A DNA stretch of 64,000 bases, from contig CAVUPH010000037.1 of assembly GCA_963743305.1 (NCBI GenBank), forward strand, positions 1-64,000. The letters are read 5' to 3'. Every line of letters begins with the position of its first letter. Position 1 is the stretch's first letter. The stretch comes from an uncultured delta proteobacterium (GTDB lineage Bacteria > Desulfobacterota > RBG-13-43-22). The notes beneath the pieces were generated by a model. The model searched no databases, was not told the DNA's origin, and saw only the letters and a program-made list of their open reading frames with translations. Of the stretch, positions 30,927-41,089 are shown in pieces. The position numbers were made by a program, and so were the translations under genes.

Positions 30927-30962
30927 ACAAAAAACCCCACCTTTCTTATGAAAAATGGGGTC
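30927..30962 (-). terminator. Intrinsic terminator upstream of the YLP-motif gene
   Basis: Minus strand GACCCCATTTTTC-ATAA-GAAAGGTGGGGT-TTTTTG. Confidence 0.65.
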
Positions 30963-31315
30963 TAATATTTTTTCCATTGACACTCCTTGGTTTAAGGCGG
31001 CCAAAAAGAAGAGTTTATCACGTAACTCAATAATGCCTACTCTTTCATGCCCATAAAGTCAATAAACTTCAATCGTCTATTCGTTGGTTAGCGATTATAA
31101 TCTGCCACTTTTTTCAGAATAGAAATTTGAGGATTTCAGGAAGTACTCCGACCAGGCCAGGACTGGTAATCCCCAACCACTCAGGCACCCCATCCCCGCC
31201 GGGCGTCATGTTCTCATGCAAGTCCATCTAATATCTATTGGGTCGCAAAGGAGCCGGAGATAGGGAAGGGTTTCCCGTCTGGAGACGAAACCATCTAGAT
31301 CTGGAGATATAAGCA

Positions 31316-31344
31316 TTGATTATTTATATAATTTTTTCTATTAT
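31316..31344 (+). promoter_or_regulatory. Sigma70 promoter, probably giving a leaderless mRNA
   Basis: TTGATT-N17-TATTAT, with the ATG 6 nt downstream. Confidence 0.55.
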
Positions 31345-31350
31345 GGACCT

Positions 31351-32082
31351 ATGCTTTCCGTAACCATTATCACTTTAAATGAGGAGCGAAACCTCCGGGA
31401 TTGCCTGGAAAGCGTGCGGTTCGCCGATGAAATCATCGTGGTGGATTCGGGGAGCCGGGATTTGACCCGGGCCATTGCGAGAGAATACCAAGCTCAGGTT
31501 TTTCAGGAACCCTGGAAGGGTTTCGCCGGGCAAAAAAATAGCGCTCAGGAAAAGGCCAAAGGGCACTGGATCTTGAATATCGATGCCGATGAACGGGTAA
31601 CGGAAGGATTGCGATTGGAAATTCAAAAGGTCCTTAGGGAGGGCCCTCCGGCGGCCGGTTTTCGGATGCCGCGGAAGAACTTTTTTTGCGGGCAATGGGT
31701 CCGGCACGGCGGGTGGTATCCCAACTACCAGTTGCGGCTCTATAGAAAGGATGCCGGGAAATTCGCTTCCCGGGAGGTCCATGAACAGGTGGAGGTCAAA
31801 GGACCGGTGGAGAACCTAACCTCACCCCTGGAACATTATACCTACCAATCTATCTCGGATTATATCCAAAGAATGGACCGCTATTCGGAGTTGTCCGCCC
31901 GTCAATATCTGAAGGAGGGCCGGCGGGTATCCTGGCCGGAAATTCTTTTCCGGTCCTGGTTCACCTTCATTCAGATGTGGGTTCTGAAAAGGGGCTTCCT
32001 GGATGGGGCCAACGGGCTGATATTGGCCGCACTCTACAGTCAGTACACTTTTATTAAATATTCCAAGCTTAAAAAACTATAA
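31351..32082 (+). CDS. GT2 LPS core glucosyltransferase (WaaE/KdtX-like)
   Basis: ITLNEE, VVDSGS.D, GFAGQKN, IDADE, GWYP, VHE. Confidence 0.88.
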   Translation: MLSVTIITLNEERNLRDCLESVRFADEIIVVDSGSRDLTRAIAREYQAQVFQEPWKGFAGQKNSAQEKAKGHWILNIDADERVTEGLRLEIQKVLREGPPAAGFRMPRKNFFCGQWVRHGGWYPNYQLRLYRKDAGKFASREVHEQVEVKGPVENLTSPLEHYTYQSISDYIQRMDRYSELSARQYLKEGRRVSWPEILFRSWFTFIQMWVLKRGFLDGANGLILAALYSQYTFIKYSKLKKL

Positions 32083-32097
32083 AGTAAAATATTCAAA

Positions 32098-33210
32098 ATG
32101 AATATTTTAATAATTAAATTAAGGCATTTAGGTGATGTACTCATCACTACTCCGGTTTTGTCGGCTTTAAGGGAGGCCTATCCCCAGGCTAAGATCAGTA
32201 TGGTGGTCAATCCGGGAACCGAGGATATGGTCCGGGGTCATCCGGACCTGGCCGAGGTCATCACCCTTCCCCGGGCACAGGACCCTAACTTTAGAAAAGA
32301 GCTGCCCTCTCAGTTAAAGTTTATTAAAGATCTTCGTAATAAACATTTTGATATTTCAATAGATTTTACTATTGGAGACCGGGGGGCGATCCTCTCATTC
32401 CTGTCGGGGGCGCCTAAGCGATTAGGGTTTTCTCCCAGAAGAGGGAAACAATGGTGGTGGAGGCTGGCGTATACCCAGACCTGGCCGCAACCTGAGCCCA
32501 ACAAACCCATTGTCGAATCCCACCTGGAAATGCTGCGTCTTCTCGGCCTAAGGCCGAATAAGAAAAAGTTACAATTTGCCTGGTCCCCGGAGGATGAAGC
32601 CGGTCTGAAAACCGCCTTGTCCCGGCAGGGAGGGAACAACGAGAATCCTTATGTGGTGGTTCACCCCACCTCCCGCTGGATGTTCAAGACCTGGCGTTTG
32701 GACGGGTATGCCCGGGTCATCGACCACCTTGAGGAGGTTTGCGGCCTCAAGGTCATGGTCACCGGGGGTCCGGAGGACAAGGAACTAGCGGCCATTCAAG
32801 CCATCCTCTCCCAGTGCCGGACGCACCCTCTGGATCTGTCCGGCCGGTTGACTTTGAAACAACTGGGGTGTTTGATCGGCGGGGCACGGCTCTTTTTCGG
32901 AGTGGACAGCGCCCCCATGCATATGGCCGCGGCCGTGGAAACGCCGGTCCTGGCCCTCTTCGGTCCGTCCGGGGATATCATGTGGGGACCCTGGGGGAAA
33001 GGACACCGGGTGATCAAAAAGAATTGGCCCTGTCGGCCCTGCGGCCGGGATGGCTGTGAGGGCAGCAAGGTCAGCCGCTGTCTGGAGGAAATCACCGCCG
33101 AGGAGGCGATCTCCGGAATTGAATCTTTGCTGGGCAGGATTACTGTAAGGCCGATCAGGCACAAGGAAAACAAAAGAGGATTTCTGATCAGGAGACTGTT
33201 ATTGATATGA
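32098..33210 (+). CDS. GT9 heptosyltransferase III-like (WaaQ)
   Basis: KLRHLGDVLITTP, HPTSRWMFK, GVDSAPMHMAAA. Confidence 0.85.
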   Translation: MNILIIKLRHLGDVLITTPVLSALREAYPQAKISMVVNPGTEDMVRGHPDLAEVITLPRAQDPNFRKELPSQLKFIKDLRNKHFDISIDFTIGDRGAILSFLSGAPKRLGFSPRRGKQWWWRLAYTQTWPQPEPNKPIVESHLEMLRLLGLRPNKKKLQFAWSPEDEAGLKTALSRQGGNNENPYVVVHPTSRWMFKTWRLDGYARVIDHLEEVCGLKVMVTGGPEDKELAAIQAILSQCRTHPLDLSGRLTLKQLGCLIGGARLFFGVDSAPMHMAAAVETPVLALFGPSGDIMWGPWGKGHRVIKKNWPCRPCGRDGCEGSKVSRCLEEITAEEAISGIESLLGRITVRPIRHKENKRGFLIRRLLLI

Positions 33211-34358
33211 AGATCGCTTTGATTCGGCGCCGCTATTCGCCCCACGGCGGGGCTGAGAAGTATGTGGACCGACTGGCTCAAAAACTGCTGTCCCTGGGCC
33301 ATGAAGTCCATCTGTTTAGCGCGGGATGGCCCCAGAGACCGGGTTTGGTTCTCCATCCCCTTCCCCTTTACCGCGGGCCCGGGCTGAGTAAGCTGTTCCT
33401 TTTTAACCGGAAGGTGGAAAAGGCCGTGGATCGGAAAGCCTTTGACGTGGTTCAGAGTTTTGAGAAAACCGCCTGTCAGGACATCTATCGGGCCGGGGAA
33501 GGCTGCCATCGGGAGTGGCTGAAGCAACGGGGGAAATACGAATCCTTTCCTGAAAGAATAGGGGCGGCCATCAACCCCTTTCACTGGCTGACTTTGGCCC
33601 TGGAAAGAAGGCTTTTTGAACGGAGTGACACTCGGTTTTTTATCGCCAATTCTCAGAGGGGTAGACAGGAGATCCTGACTCACTACCGGACGGCGCCGGA
33701 GAAAATCAAGGTCATTTACAATGCCGTGGAGCTATCTCCCGAATCGACCGCACCGGCAGTGACGGGTCGTCGGGTCGGCGAAGAGAAAATCCTCCTTTTT
33801 GTCGGTTCGGGATTCCGGCGCAAGGGGCTTCATTTTCTCATCAGGGCCCTACCAGACATTCTAAAGGAAGTCGAGGCCCGGCTGATCGTGGTCGGGGAGG
33901 GGAATCAGGGGAAGGCCGCGCGCCTGGCCGCCTCCCTGGGGGTTGGCCGCCAGATTTCTTTCATCGGACCGGTAAAGGACCCCGGTCCCTACTATCAAGG
34001 AGCAGATGTGTTTGTACTGCCGAGCCTCTACGAACCCTTCAGCAACGCCTGTCTGGAAGCGATGTCCCGGGGCTTGCCGGTGGTCACCACCGAAATGAAC
34101 GGGGCCTCGGAAGCCCTCGTGTCCGGGGAAAATGGGGTGGTGGTTCGGGATCCGGCAGACTTGAAGGATTTGGCGCCGGCGGTTATTCGGGCCTTGAGGT
34201 TGAAACGAGAGGATCTCGATCCGATTCACCGGCGGATTCTGGCCCGGCATACCTGGGAGAAACACTTAGAGGAATTGTTGAAACTTTATATGCAAGTTAT
34301 TGAAAAAAATAATTTAAACAAGATTACTTCTCTCTACTCCGGGAAGGACTCATCATGA
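33207..34358 (+). CDS. GT4 glycosyltransferase (WaaG-like)
   Basis: GGAEKY, GSGFRRKG, YEPFSNACLEAM. Confidence 0.85.
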   Translation: MKIALIRRRYSPHGGAEKYVDRLAQKLLSLGHEVHLFSAGWPQRPGLVLHPLPLYRGPGLSKLFLFNRKVEKAVDRKAFDVVQSFEKTACQDIYRAGEGCHREWLKQRGKYESFPERIGAAINPFHWLTLALERRLFERSDTRFFIANSQRGRQEILTHYRTAPEKIKVIYNAVELSPESTAPAVTGRRVGEEKILLFVGSGFRRKGLHFLIRALPDILKEVEARLIVVGEGNQGKAARLAASLGVGRQISFIGPVKDPGPYYQGADVFVLPSLYEPFSNACLEAMSRGLPVVTTEMNGASEALVSGENGVVVRDPADLKDLAPAVIRALRLKREDLDPIHRRILARHTWEKHLEELLKLYMQVIEKNNLNKITSLYSGKDSS

Positions 34359-35197
34359 GATCCGTCCCGGTTTTCATGTACCACCATATTAACCGCTACG
34401 CAGACGATCTGGTAACGCTTACCCCGGAAGGCTTCGAGAACCATCTTCGTTTTATTTCGGAAAAGGGGCTGCAAACGATTTTTTTGGATGATCTCCTGAA
34501 ATATCTTCGGGGAGGGAAGCCTATTGCTCGGCCTGCGGTAGCCCTGACTTTTGATGACGGCCATCTGGACAACTGGGTTTACGCCTTCCCCCTGCTGAAG
34601 AAATACGGAGTGAAGGCCACCATTTTTGTGGTTACTTCCTGGATGAGCGAAGGCGCCCCGCGAGCGCAATGGGATCCCGATGAAAGGCAGGAACAGGATT
34701 TGCCCCGGATCCCCAGCCACCGGGAGGCCAAGGAAATGGCCGCTGCCGGTGATTATGAGGGAGGGCTGCGCTGGGAAGAGGCGCGAAGGATGGAGGAATC
34801 GGGGCTGATCGACATCCAATCCCATACCCATCTCCACCAGGATTATTTTTTGGGAAACAACCAGAGCCTGCGGCTCGATCCCTTAAAAAAGGATTCGCTG
34901 GGCCCGGATCTGGAAAAATCGAAAAAGCTGATCGAGGCCCTTCTCCATAAGCCCTGCCGCTTTCTTTCCTGGCCTTGGGGAAAGTATGATTTCCAGGCCG
35001 TTGAACTGGCGAAGAGATTGGGCTTTGAGGCCTTGGCGACGACCGAGAAAGGGGTGAACTTCCCCGGTTCGGACGAATGGACCATCAAACGGGTGGTGGC
35101 GGCCTCCGGGGAGCGGAAATGGTTTTCCCAGCGGGCTAAAATATATTCCCACCGCCGGATCGGTCAACTATACAGCCGGGTTCGGGGGATTTTGTGA
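34355..35197 (+). CDS. Polysaccharide deacetylase
   Basis: MYHH, LTFDDG, SHTHLH, SWPWG. Confidence 0.85.
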   Translation: MRSVPVFMYHHINRYADDLVTLTPEGFENHLRFISEKGLQTIFLDDLLKYLRGGKPIARPAVALTFDDGHLDNWVYAFPLLKKYGVKATIFVVTSWMSEGAPRAQWDPDERQEQDLPRIPSHREAKEMAAAGDYEGGLRWEEARRMEESGLIDIQSHTHLHQDYFLGNNQSLRLDPLKKDSLGPDLEKSKKLIEALLHKPCRFLSWPWGKYDFQAVELAKRLGFEALATTEKGVNFPGSDEWTIKRVVAASGERKWFSQRAKIYSHRRIGQLYSRVRGIL

Positions 35198-35946
35198 AGG
35201 CGGCCGTACGGGTTCCGATCCTGTATTATCACCGCGTGGAGGATCATCTTCCCCCGGCCAAGGGGGTCTCCCCGCAGGCCTTCGCCGCCCAAATGGAGTA
35301 CCTTCGTAAAAATACCTATCAAAGCATATCGTTCGAGCAGTTGGCCGATTATTTTATTAAGGGACGGCCTCTGCCTTCGCGGCCGGTGATCATTTCCTTT
35401 GACGACGGGTACCTGGATAATTTCACCCGGGCAGCTCCCATCCTGAAAAGAAACGGATTTCAGGCCACGATCTTCCTGGTCTCCGATTATATCGGCCAAA
35501 GGAGTGAGTGGGCCGGATGTGTGGGAGCGGATGTGGTCCCCCTCATGTCCAGAGAACAGCTCCTGATCTTGATCCAGGAGGGATTCGAACCGGGGGGCCA
35601 TACCCGCCGCCATTCGGACTTGACCGCCATCCCTCCCGAAGAGGCCCGACAGGAACTGGAGGGGGGAAAGAAGGACCTGGAAAACATGCTTCAGAGGCCG
35701 GTCCTGTCTTTTGCCTATCCCTTTGGGACTTTCAATCCGGGAGTAATCGAAGGGGTCCGGAAGGCCGGGTTCACCACCGCGCGGACGGTCCATACCGACA
35801 ACACCCACCGTCTGGAGGACCTGCTGACCCTGCGCTGTGTAAAATTGAACGGAGGGACTCCCTGGCTCAAATTTAAATACTATCTAACCGCCCTGTATCA
35901 CTGGGAGACCCGTTGGCATGAACGACGAAAATCACGCCGCGGATAA
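35194..35946 (+). CDS. Polysaccharide deacetylase
   Basis: YYHRV, SFDDGYLDN, GHTRRH, FAYPFG. Confidence 0.85.
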   Translation: MKAAVRVPILYYHRVEDHLPPAKGVSPQAFAAQMEYLRKNTYQSISFEQLADYFIKGRPLPSRPVIISFDDGYLDNFTRAAPILKRNGFQATIFLVSDYIGQRSEWAGCVGADVVPLMSREQLLILIQEGFEPGGHTRRHSDLTAIPPEEARQELEGGKKDLENMLQRPVLSFAYPFGTFNPGVIEGVRKAGFTTARTVHTDNTHRLEDLLTLRCVKLNGGTPWLKFKYYLTALYHWETRWHERRKSRRG

Positions 35947-35950
35947 TCGG

Positions 35951-37090
35951 GTGAAGGTGCTTTATGTCTTCGCGGCCCTTCCGGTGGGCGGGGCCGAGGA
36001 AGTTTTGATCACCGAGGTGGAAGGTCTCGACAAAACCCGGTTTGCTCCTTTCGTCTGTGTCCTCTCGGAGAAAGGTCCCGTGGGGGAACAAATCGAAAAC
36101 CGGGGATTTCCGGTGGTGGCCCTGCACCGCATGAAAAGCCATCGCTTTGATCCGCGGATCGTCCGGGACCTTTACCGGCTGATCAAAACTGAAAAGGCAG
36201 ACGTGGTCCACACCCATCTCTATGACGGCAACAAATACGGCCGCCTGGCCGCCGGTCTAGCCCGGGTTCCCGCGATCATCTCCCATTACCATAACGTCTA
36301 CCCCCGCCGGAGAATCAAGTATCATCTGATTAATCGGGTGCTCGCGAATCTAAACGATCGAATCCTGGCGGTTTCCCAGGCGGTCAAGGAGAGCGTGGTC
36401 CGGTTCGACCGGATTTCGCCCGAGATGATCGAAGTACTGTACAACGGAATAGATCCCTTAAATTTTAGCGGGGAATTTGAGGATTCAGGGGTGCGGCAGC
36501 GATTTGGAGTAAAGCCGGAGGATTTTCTGATCGGAGTCGTCGCTCGCCTGGAGGAGCAGAAGGGGCATATTTATCTGTTCAGGGCTTTGAGGCAGCTCAT
36601 CCCGGATTTCCCGCAGATCAAAGTCCTGGTCGTCGGCGACGGAACCCTTCGCCCTGTCTTGGAAGCCAAGGTGTTGGAAATGGAACTGTCGGATAAGGTC
36701 TTATTTGTGGGAACCCGGAAAAATATCCCTGAAATTCTGGCCGCCCTGGATCTGTTTATCCTGCCCTCTCTCTGGGAGGGGTTCAGTCTGGCAATTCTGG
36801 AGGCCCTGGCCATGGGCACACCCGTAATTGCCTCGGCCGTAGGGGGAGCCCCTGAGGTGATTCGTTCCGGCCACAACGGGCTGCTGATTCCTCCCGGGGA
36901 GGAGTCCGACCTGGTGACCGGGGTGAGGGAGGCTATCCTGGATCCGCGGAAATACAAGCAGATGGGTCGCCAGGGAAAGGAGACCGTCGACCGTAAATTT
37001 ACCTTAGCCCGGCACCTGACTCGGCTGCAGGATATCTATCTGGAAGTCCTGGCTCAGAAGGGGCGGCGTTCCGTCGGGAGCCGGACATGA
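35951..37090 (+). CDS. GT4 glycosyltransferase
   Basis: GGAEE, RLEEQKGH, PSLWEGFSLAILEA; start could also be 35918. Confidence 0.85.
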   Translation: MKVLYVFAALPVGGAEEVLITEVEGLDKTRFAPFVCVLSEKGPVGEQIENRGFPVVALHRMKSHRFDPRIVRDLYRLIKTEKADVVHTHLYDGNKYGRLAAGLARVPAIISHYHNVYPRRRIKYHLINRVLANLNDRILAVSQAVKESVVRFDRISPEMIEVLYNGIDPLNFSGEFEDSGVRQRFGVKPEDFLIGVVARLEEQKGHIYLFRALRQLIPDFPQIKVLVVGDGTLRPVLEAKVLEMELSDKVLFVGTRKNIPEILAALDLFILPSLWEGFSLAILEALAMGTPVIASAVGGAPEVIRSGHNGLLIPPGEESDLVTGVREAILDPRKYKQMGRQGKETVDRKFTLARHLTRLQDIYLEVLAQKGRRSVGSRT

Positions 37091-38266
37091 AAAAAGTGGC
37101 CCTGATCGGTCCCGAGCTTTACCCCATTCCGCCCATCCGGGGCGGGGCCGCCGAACTATGGATTGAAAAGACCTCCCGGGAGCTGAAAAAATACCGACCG
37201 GTGATCTTTTCCCCGGCCGATCCGGAACTTCCTTCTAAGGGAGCAAAACGGTGGGGTTGAATATATCCGGATTCCTTTGCGTCGATTCAAACGAACCCTT
37301 TACGGCTGGTTCAAGGCTTTCCCGAAGGACTACGAAAAACAAGTCGCCGCGTTCCTGAAAAAAATCGATCCGGACCTTATTCATATCCATAATCGTCCTT
37401 TGTTGGTCTCCTATTTCCGGGAGCGCTTTCCCCGGAAAAAAATCATTCTCCACATGCATAACCTCTATAATTACCTGGGAAAGCTGGAAAGACCCTCCGG
37501 CTCTTTCAACAACGAGGCGGATTTATTTCTGGGATGCAGCCGCTTCGTGGTCGCGGCCGAAATAAATCGCCTGGCCGTTGGAACGCCTGTCCAGGAGGTA
37601 CTCTATAATGGGGTGGATACCCGTGACTTCCGGCCTCCTTGGCTGAACCCGGAGGATACCCGGAAGGCTCGGGAGCGTCTGGGATTGGCCGGGAAAAAAG
37701 TGGTGCTGTACACAGGGAAGATACGAGAATCCAAGGGGGTGGGGGTCCTGGCCCGCGCCATGAGGGAGGTCTTCCCTCAGGAGCCTGAGGCCGTCTGGGT
37801 CCTGGCCGGGGGGACCGGTTTCGGGTACCGGCGGGAGAATAAAAAAACAGACTTCTCGGAGCGCCTGCGAAAGGAATTGGCTCCCTGGCAGGATCGGGTC
37901 CGGTTTCTGAGTTTCATTCGGCCCCAGGAGATGCCTTCCATTTATCTTTTGGGAGACGTCTTTGTCGCTCCTTCACAGTTGGAGGAAGGTTTGGGCCTGG
38001 TTTTTCTGGAGGCCTCGGCGAGCGGCTTGCCCATAATCAGCACTCGCCAAGGCGGGATTCCGGAGGTGGTGGTTCATGAAAAGACCGGTCTGCTGCTGGC
38101 CGGAAAAGAGGATGTTTCGGAATTGACCGAAAAAATCCTGGTCCTTTTGCGCGAGCCGAAGGTTAGACGACAACTGGGCGAGGAGGGAAGACGGCGTATG
38201 GAAGATCATTTTTCCTGGACCCGGATTGCCGAAGCGACGGAGAGGCTGTATGATTCCCTGGGGTAA
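37087..38266 (+). CDS. GT4 glycosyltransferase (frameshift near 37235)
   Basis: MKKVALIGPELYPIPPIRGGAAE from ATG 37087 joins ORF 37277-38266 (EEGLGLVFLEA). Confidence 0.82.
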
Positions 38267-38371
38267 ACCCGAGCCAAAAATATCTTAATCTTGGGTTCTG
38301 TTTTTTAATATTTAGTTACTAACCCCCTGGTCGAGGCGGGCACTCTGAAGCGTGAAAATAACAGACCCTCA

Positions 38372-38467
38372 GTCATTGCGAGCCGCGAAGTCCGAAGCAA
38401 TCCCCCAAGCAGCTTACAAACCCTTGCCGAGCCAAGCGGGGGATTGCTTCGCTTCGCTCGCAATGAC
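38372..38467. repeat. Palindromic element family B (GTCATTGCGAG...GAAGCAATCC...GGATTGCTTC...CTCGCAATGAC)
   Basis: Terminal inverted repeats; further copies at 39776-39883 and 42456-42552. Confidence 0.9.
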
Positions 38468-38609
38468 ACCTGTGTTTGGGCTTATTTCCGTATTAAACCC
38501 CCTGGCCCAGGGGCCCCCACGAAGCATGAAAATGCTAAAGGGGAATGCCCAGGGAAGACCGCAGGTGAGACGAGTCGCAGCGCTTTAATTTTTCATATTA
38601 ACCAAACCG

Positions 38610-39746
38610 ATGATCCATCATCTTCGAGACCAGATCCTCCAAATGCTGATGCAGCGTTGGGCCGGCAAAAGACCGGCCCAGCCTTTTGCTCTTTCGGACA
38701 TGGAAGGGGTCCGGCGGATTTTGCTGATGACCACCACGGCCATCGGGGATACCCTTTTTTCCACGCCAGCCATTCGGGCCGTGAAGGAGACCTATCCCGA
38801 GAAGGAAGTGCATGTGCTCTGTCACCAGCGCAACGCCCTCCTGCTCAAAGAAAACCCCTATGTAGACCGGCTCTTCTTTTACCGAGGGAAGGCCAGAGGC
38901 CTGCTTTCCCTGGTCCGAAGCCTGCGGGAGCAGCAGTACGACCTGGTCATCATCCTCCATAGCAACGATCCGGAGGCCGTTCCCCTCGCCTGGGCCACCC
39001 GGGCCCCGTATCTTGTCGGCAGCGGGACCAGTCGATTTGCCCCTTTCCTTTCTCAAGGCATTGTTTGCCGAGATGAAAATCGACATGCCATCGAACAGCG
39101 ACTGGATCTGGTTCGGGCGATCGGCGCCGAGACAGCCGACCGGAGAATGGATTTTTTTCTTCCCGCCGGATGGGAGCCGAAGGTCCGGAGGATGCTCAAC
39201 GATTTTTGGGGCGGCGGGGTTCAGCCGGTCATCGGACTCCATCCCACCGGCTCCGGAAGGTACAAATGGTGGCCCGCCGATTATTTTGTTGACCTGGGGA
39301 ACCGACTGTTCGACCGTTACGGCTGCCGGTTCGTCCTTTTTTCCTCCAAGTCGGAGGCGTCCGCCGCTCAGGCCATCGCCTCCCGGATGAAAGCCCCGGT
39401 CCTGAACACGGAGGGCCGTTTTGATCTGGCGATCACCGGGGGCCTGATCCGAAGCTGTTCCCTCTTCATCGCCAACGACAGCGGCCCTTTGCATATGGCC
39501 CTGGCTTTAAGGGTCCCGACGCTGGCCCTGATCGGTGCGGACAGTCCTCTGCGTATTGGCCCCTACCAGTCCGAGAATTCGGTCAGCCTCTATAAAAAAG
39601 AGGAGGTCTGCGACCTGCCCCGCTGCCTGAATGAAAAGTGCCAGGACAACCGTTGTCTGAAACAGATTCGGCCCGAGGAAGTGCTCCGGGTGATTGGGGA
39701 GCAGTTTGAGGGGAATTTATTGAGCCAGGACAAGGGAACGTCTTAA
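38610..39746 (+). CDS. GT9 glycosyltransferase
   Basis: TTAIGDTLFSTP, ANDSGPLHMALA. Confidence 0.85.
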   Translation: MIHHLRDQILQMLMQRWAGKRPAQPFALSDMEGVRRILLMTTTAIGDTLFSTPAIRAVKETYPEKEVHVLCHQRNALLLKENPYVDRLFFYRGKARGLLSLVRSLREQQYDLVIILHSNDPEAVPLAWATRAPYLVGSGTSRFAPFLSQGIVCRDENRHAIEQRLDLVRAIGAETADRRMDFFLPAGWEPKVRRMLNDFWGGGVQPVIGLHPTGSGRYKWWPADYFVDLGNRLFDRYGCRFVLFSSKSEASAAQAIASRMKAPVLNTEGRFDLAITGGLIRSCSLFIANDSGPLHMALALRVPTLALIGADSPLRIGPYQSENSVSLYKKEEVCDLPRCLNEKCQDNRCLKQIRPEEVLRVIGEQFEGNLLSQDKGTS

Positions 39747-39775
39747 GATCGTTTATCAAAATATCGAGTATGCTG

Positions 39776-39883
39776 GTCATTGCGAGGAGTCAGCTTAGGC
39801 GTGACGACGAAGCAATGCCCCCGGTTGGCTTACAACGTTCTCCCCGTTCGACCGGGGAATTGCTTCGCTTCGCTCGCAATGGC
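39776..39883. repeat. Palindromic element family B, copy 2
   Basis: gtcattgcgagg...gaagcaatgccc...ggggaattgcttcgcttcgctcgcaatggc. Confidence 0.88.
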
Positions 39884-39991
39884 AGAGGCGTTCGCTTTTC
39901 AATTTAAACCAGTGGGGGGGCCTTATAAATCCCCCGCCATTAGGCGAAGGTGTGGAGGCTTTGGGCAGTAGAAGGCCGATGGGGTAAGTGC

Positions 39992-40020
39992 TTGACTCCG
40001 GGATTCCCTGGGGATAGTAT
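39992..40020 (+). promoter_or_regulatory. Sigma70 promoter for hldA-ligase
   Basis: TTGACT-N17-TAGTAT. Confidence 0.6.
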
Positions 40021-40073
40021 TCAAAACGAAAAAATAAAACCGGCCTGACCGGCTGGGGTTGAGGAGTCGATTT

Positions 40074-41086
40074 TTGAAGACTAAGTTGAACTCAGAAAAC
40101 CGATCCGCTGCTGAAGGCCCTGGAGGTCTTCCCCGACCGCCGTATCCTGGTGGTGGGGGATGTGATGATGGACCAGTTCATCTGGGGGGAGGTTTCCCGG
40201 ATATCCCCGGAAGCTCCGGTCCCGGTGGTGAAGGTGAAGGAGGAAAGTTACCTGTTGGGCGGGGCGGCCAATGTGGTGAACAACCTTTTGGGCTTGGGTG
40301 CCCAGGTAATCCTGGCCGGGGTCATTGGACCGGACGGGATGGGAAAGCGCCTCCTCAGACAACTCAAGGGACGGGGAGTCAACACCGACAGTCTGATTAT
40401 CGATGATTCCCGCCCTACGGCCGTAAAGACTCGGGTCATCGCCCATCAGCAGCAGGTGGTGCGAGTGGATAAAGAAAACAACCATCCTTTGGCCCCCCAA
40501 ATCCAGGAGTTGTTGATCCGGGGAATCGAGCGGAACGCCGAGGGACTGGGCGGGATTATTGTTTCCGATTACGACAAAGGGGTCATTTCCCTGCGGTTGA
40601 TGGCGGCCTTGAAAAGGATCAGCAAAAAGAGGGGCATCCCGCTGGCCGTCGATCCTAAGCCGCTGCACCTGGACTGGTACCGGGGCGTCACCCTGATTAC
40701 CGCCCAATCATCTCGAAGCGGGTCTGGCCGCGGGCCGGAAGATTGAATCCGAGAGCGACCTGCGTTGGGTCGGGCAATGGCTGTTAAAAAGGCTGCTCTG
40801 CGATTCCGTGTTGATCACCCGCGGCCGGGAGGGAATGGCCTTGTTTTCCCAAAACAGCAGGGTCACCCTGATACCCACCGTGGCCCGCAAGGTCTTCGAC
40901 GTTACCGGGGCCGGGGATACGGTGATCGCCACCCTGACGCTGGCCCTGGCCTCCGGGTTGAGTCTGATTCAATCCTGTCGGACCGCCAATGTGGCGGCCG
41001 GCCTGGTAGTGGCGGAAGTGGGCACCGCTGCCATTCAGGCGGCAGCTTTGAATAAAGCGTTGCTGGAAGCCGGAACGGAAGAATAG
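40074..41086 (+). CDS. rfaE1: D-glycero-beta-D-manno-heptose-7-phosphate kinase (HldA/RfaE domain I); frameshifts near the start and near 40702
   Basis: GDVMMDQF..RISPEAPVPV, GGAANV, SDYDKG, VDPK; second frame ITRGREGM..DVTGAGDTV. Confidence 0.88.
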
Positions 41087-41089
41087 CCA

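Noticed and set aside
31215-31295. c-di-GMP-I riboswitch (GGGTCGCAAAG)
   Set aside because: Lacks the GGCAAAC/GNRA P2 and a matching P3 receptor; similarity is limited to a few bases.
38352-38588. Small ORFs over palindromic elements (e.g. 38352-38588, 39780-39971, 42312-42554, 22400-22645) sharing DCFASLAMT-like peptides
   Set aside because: The peptide similarity comes from translating the DNA repeats; they are not protein families.
38321-38602. CRISPR array
   Set aside because: Only 2-3 degenerate units with a ~175-nt period and palindromic cargo; no cas genes in the window.
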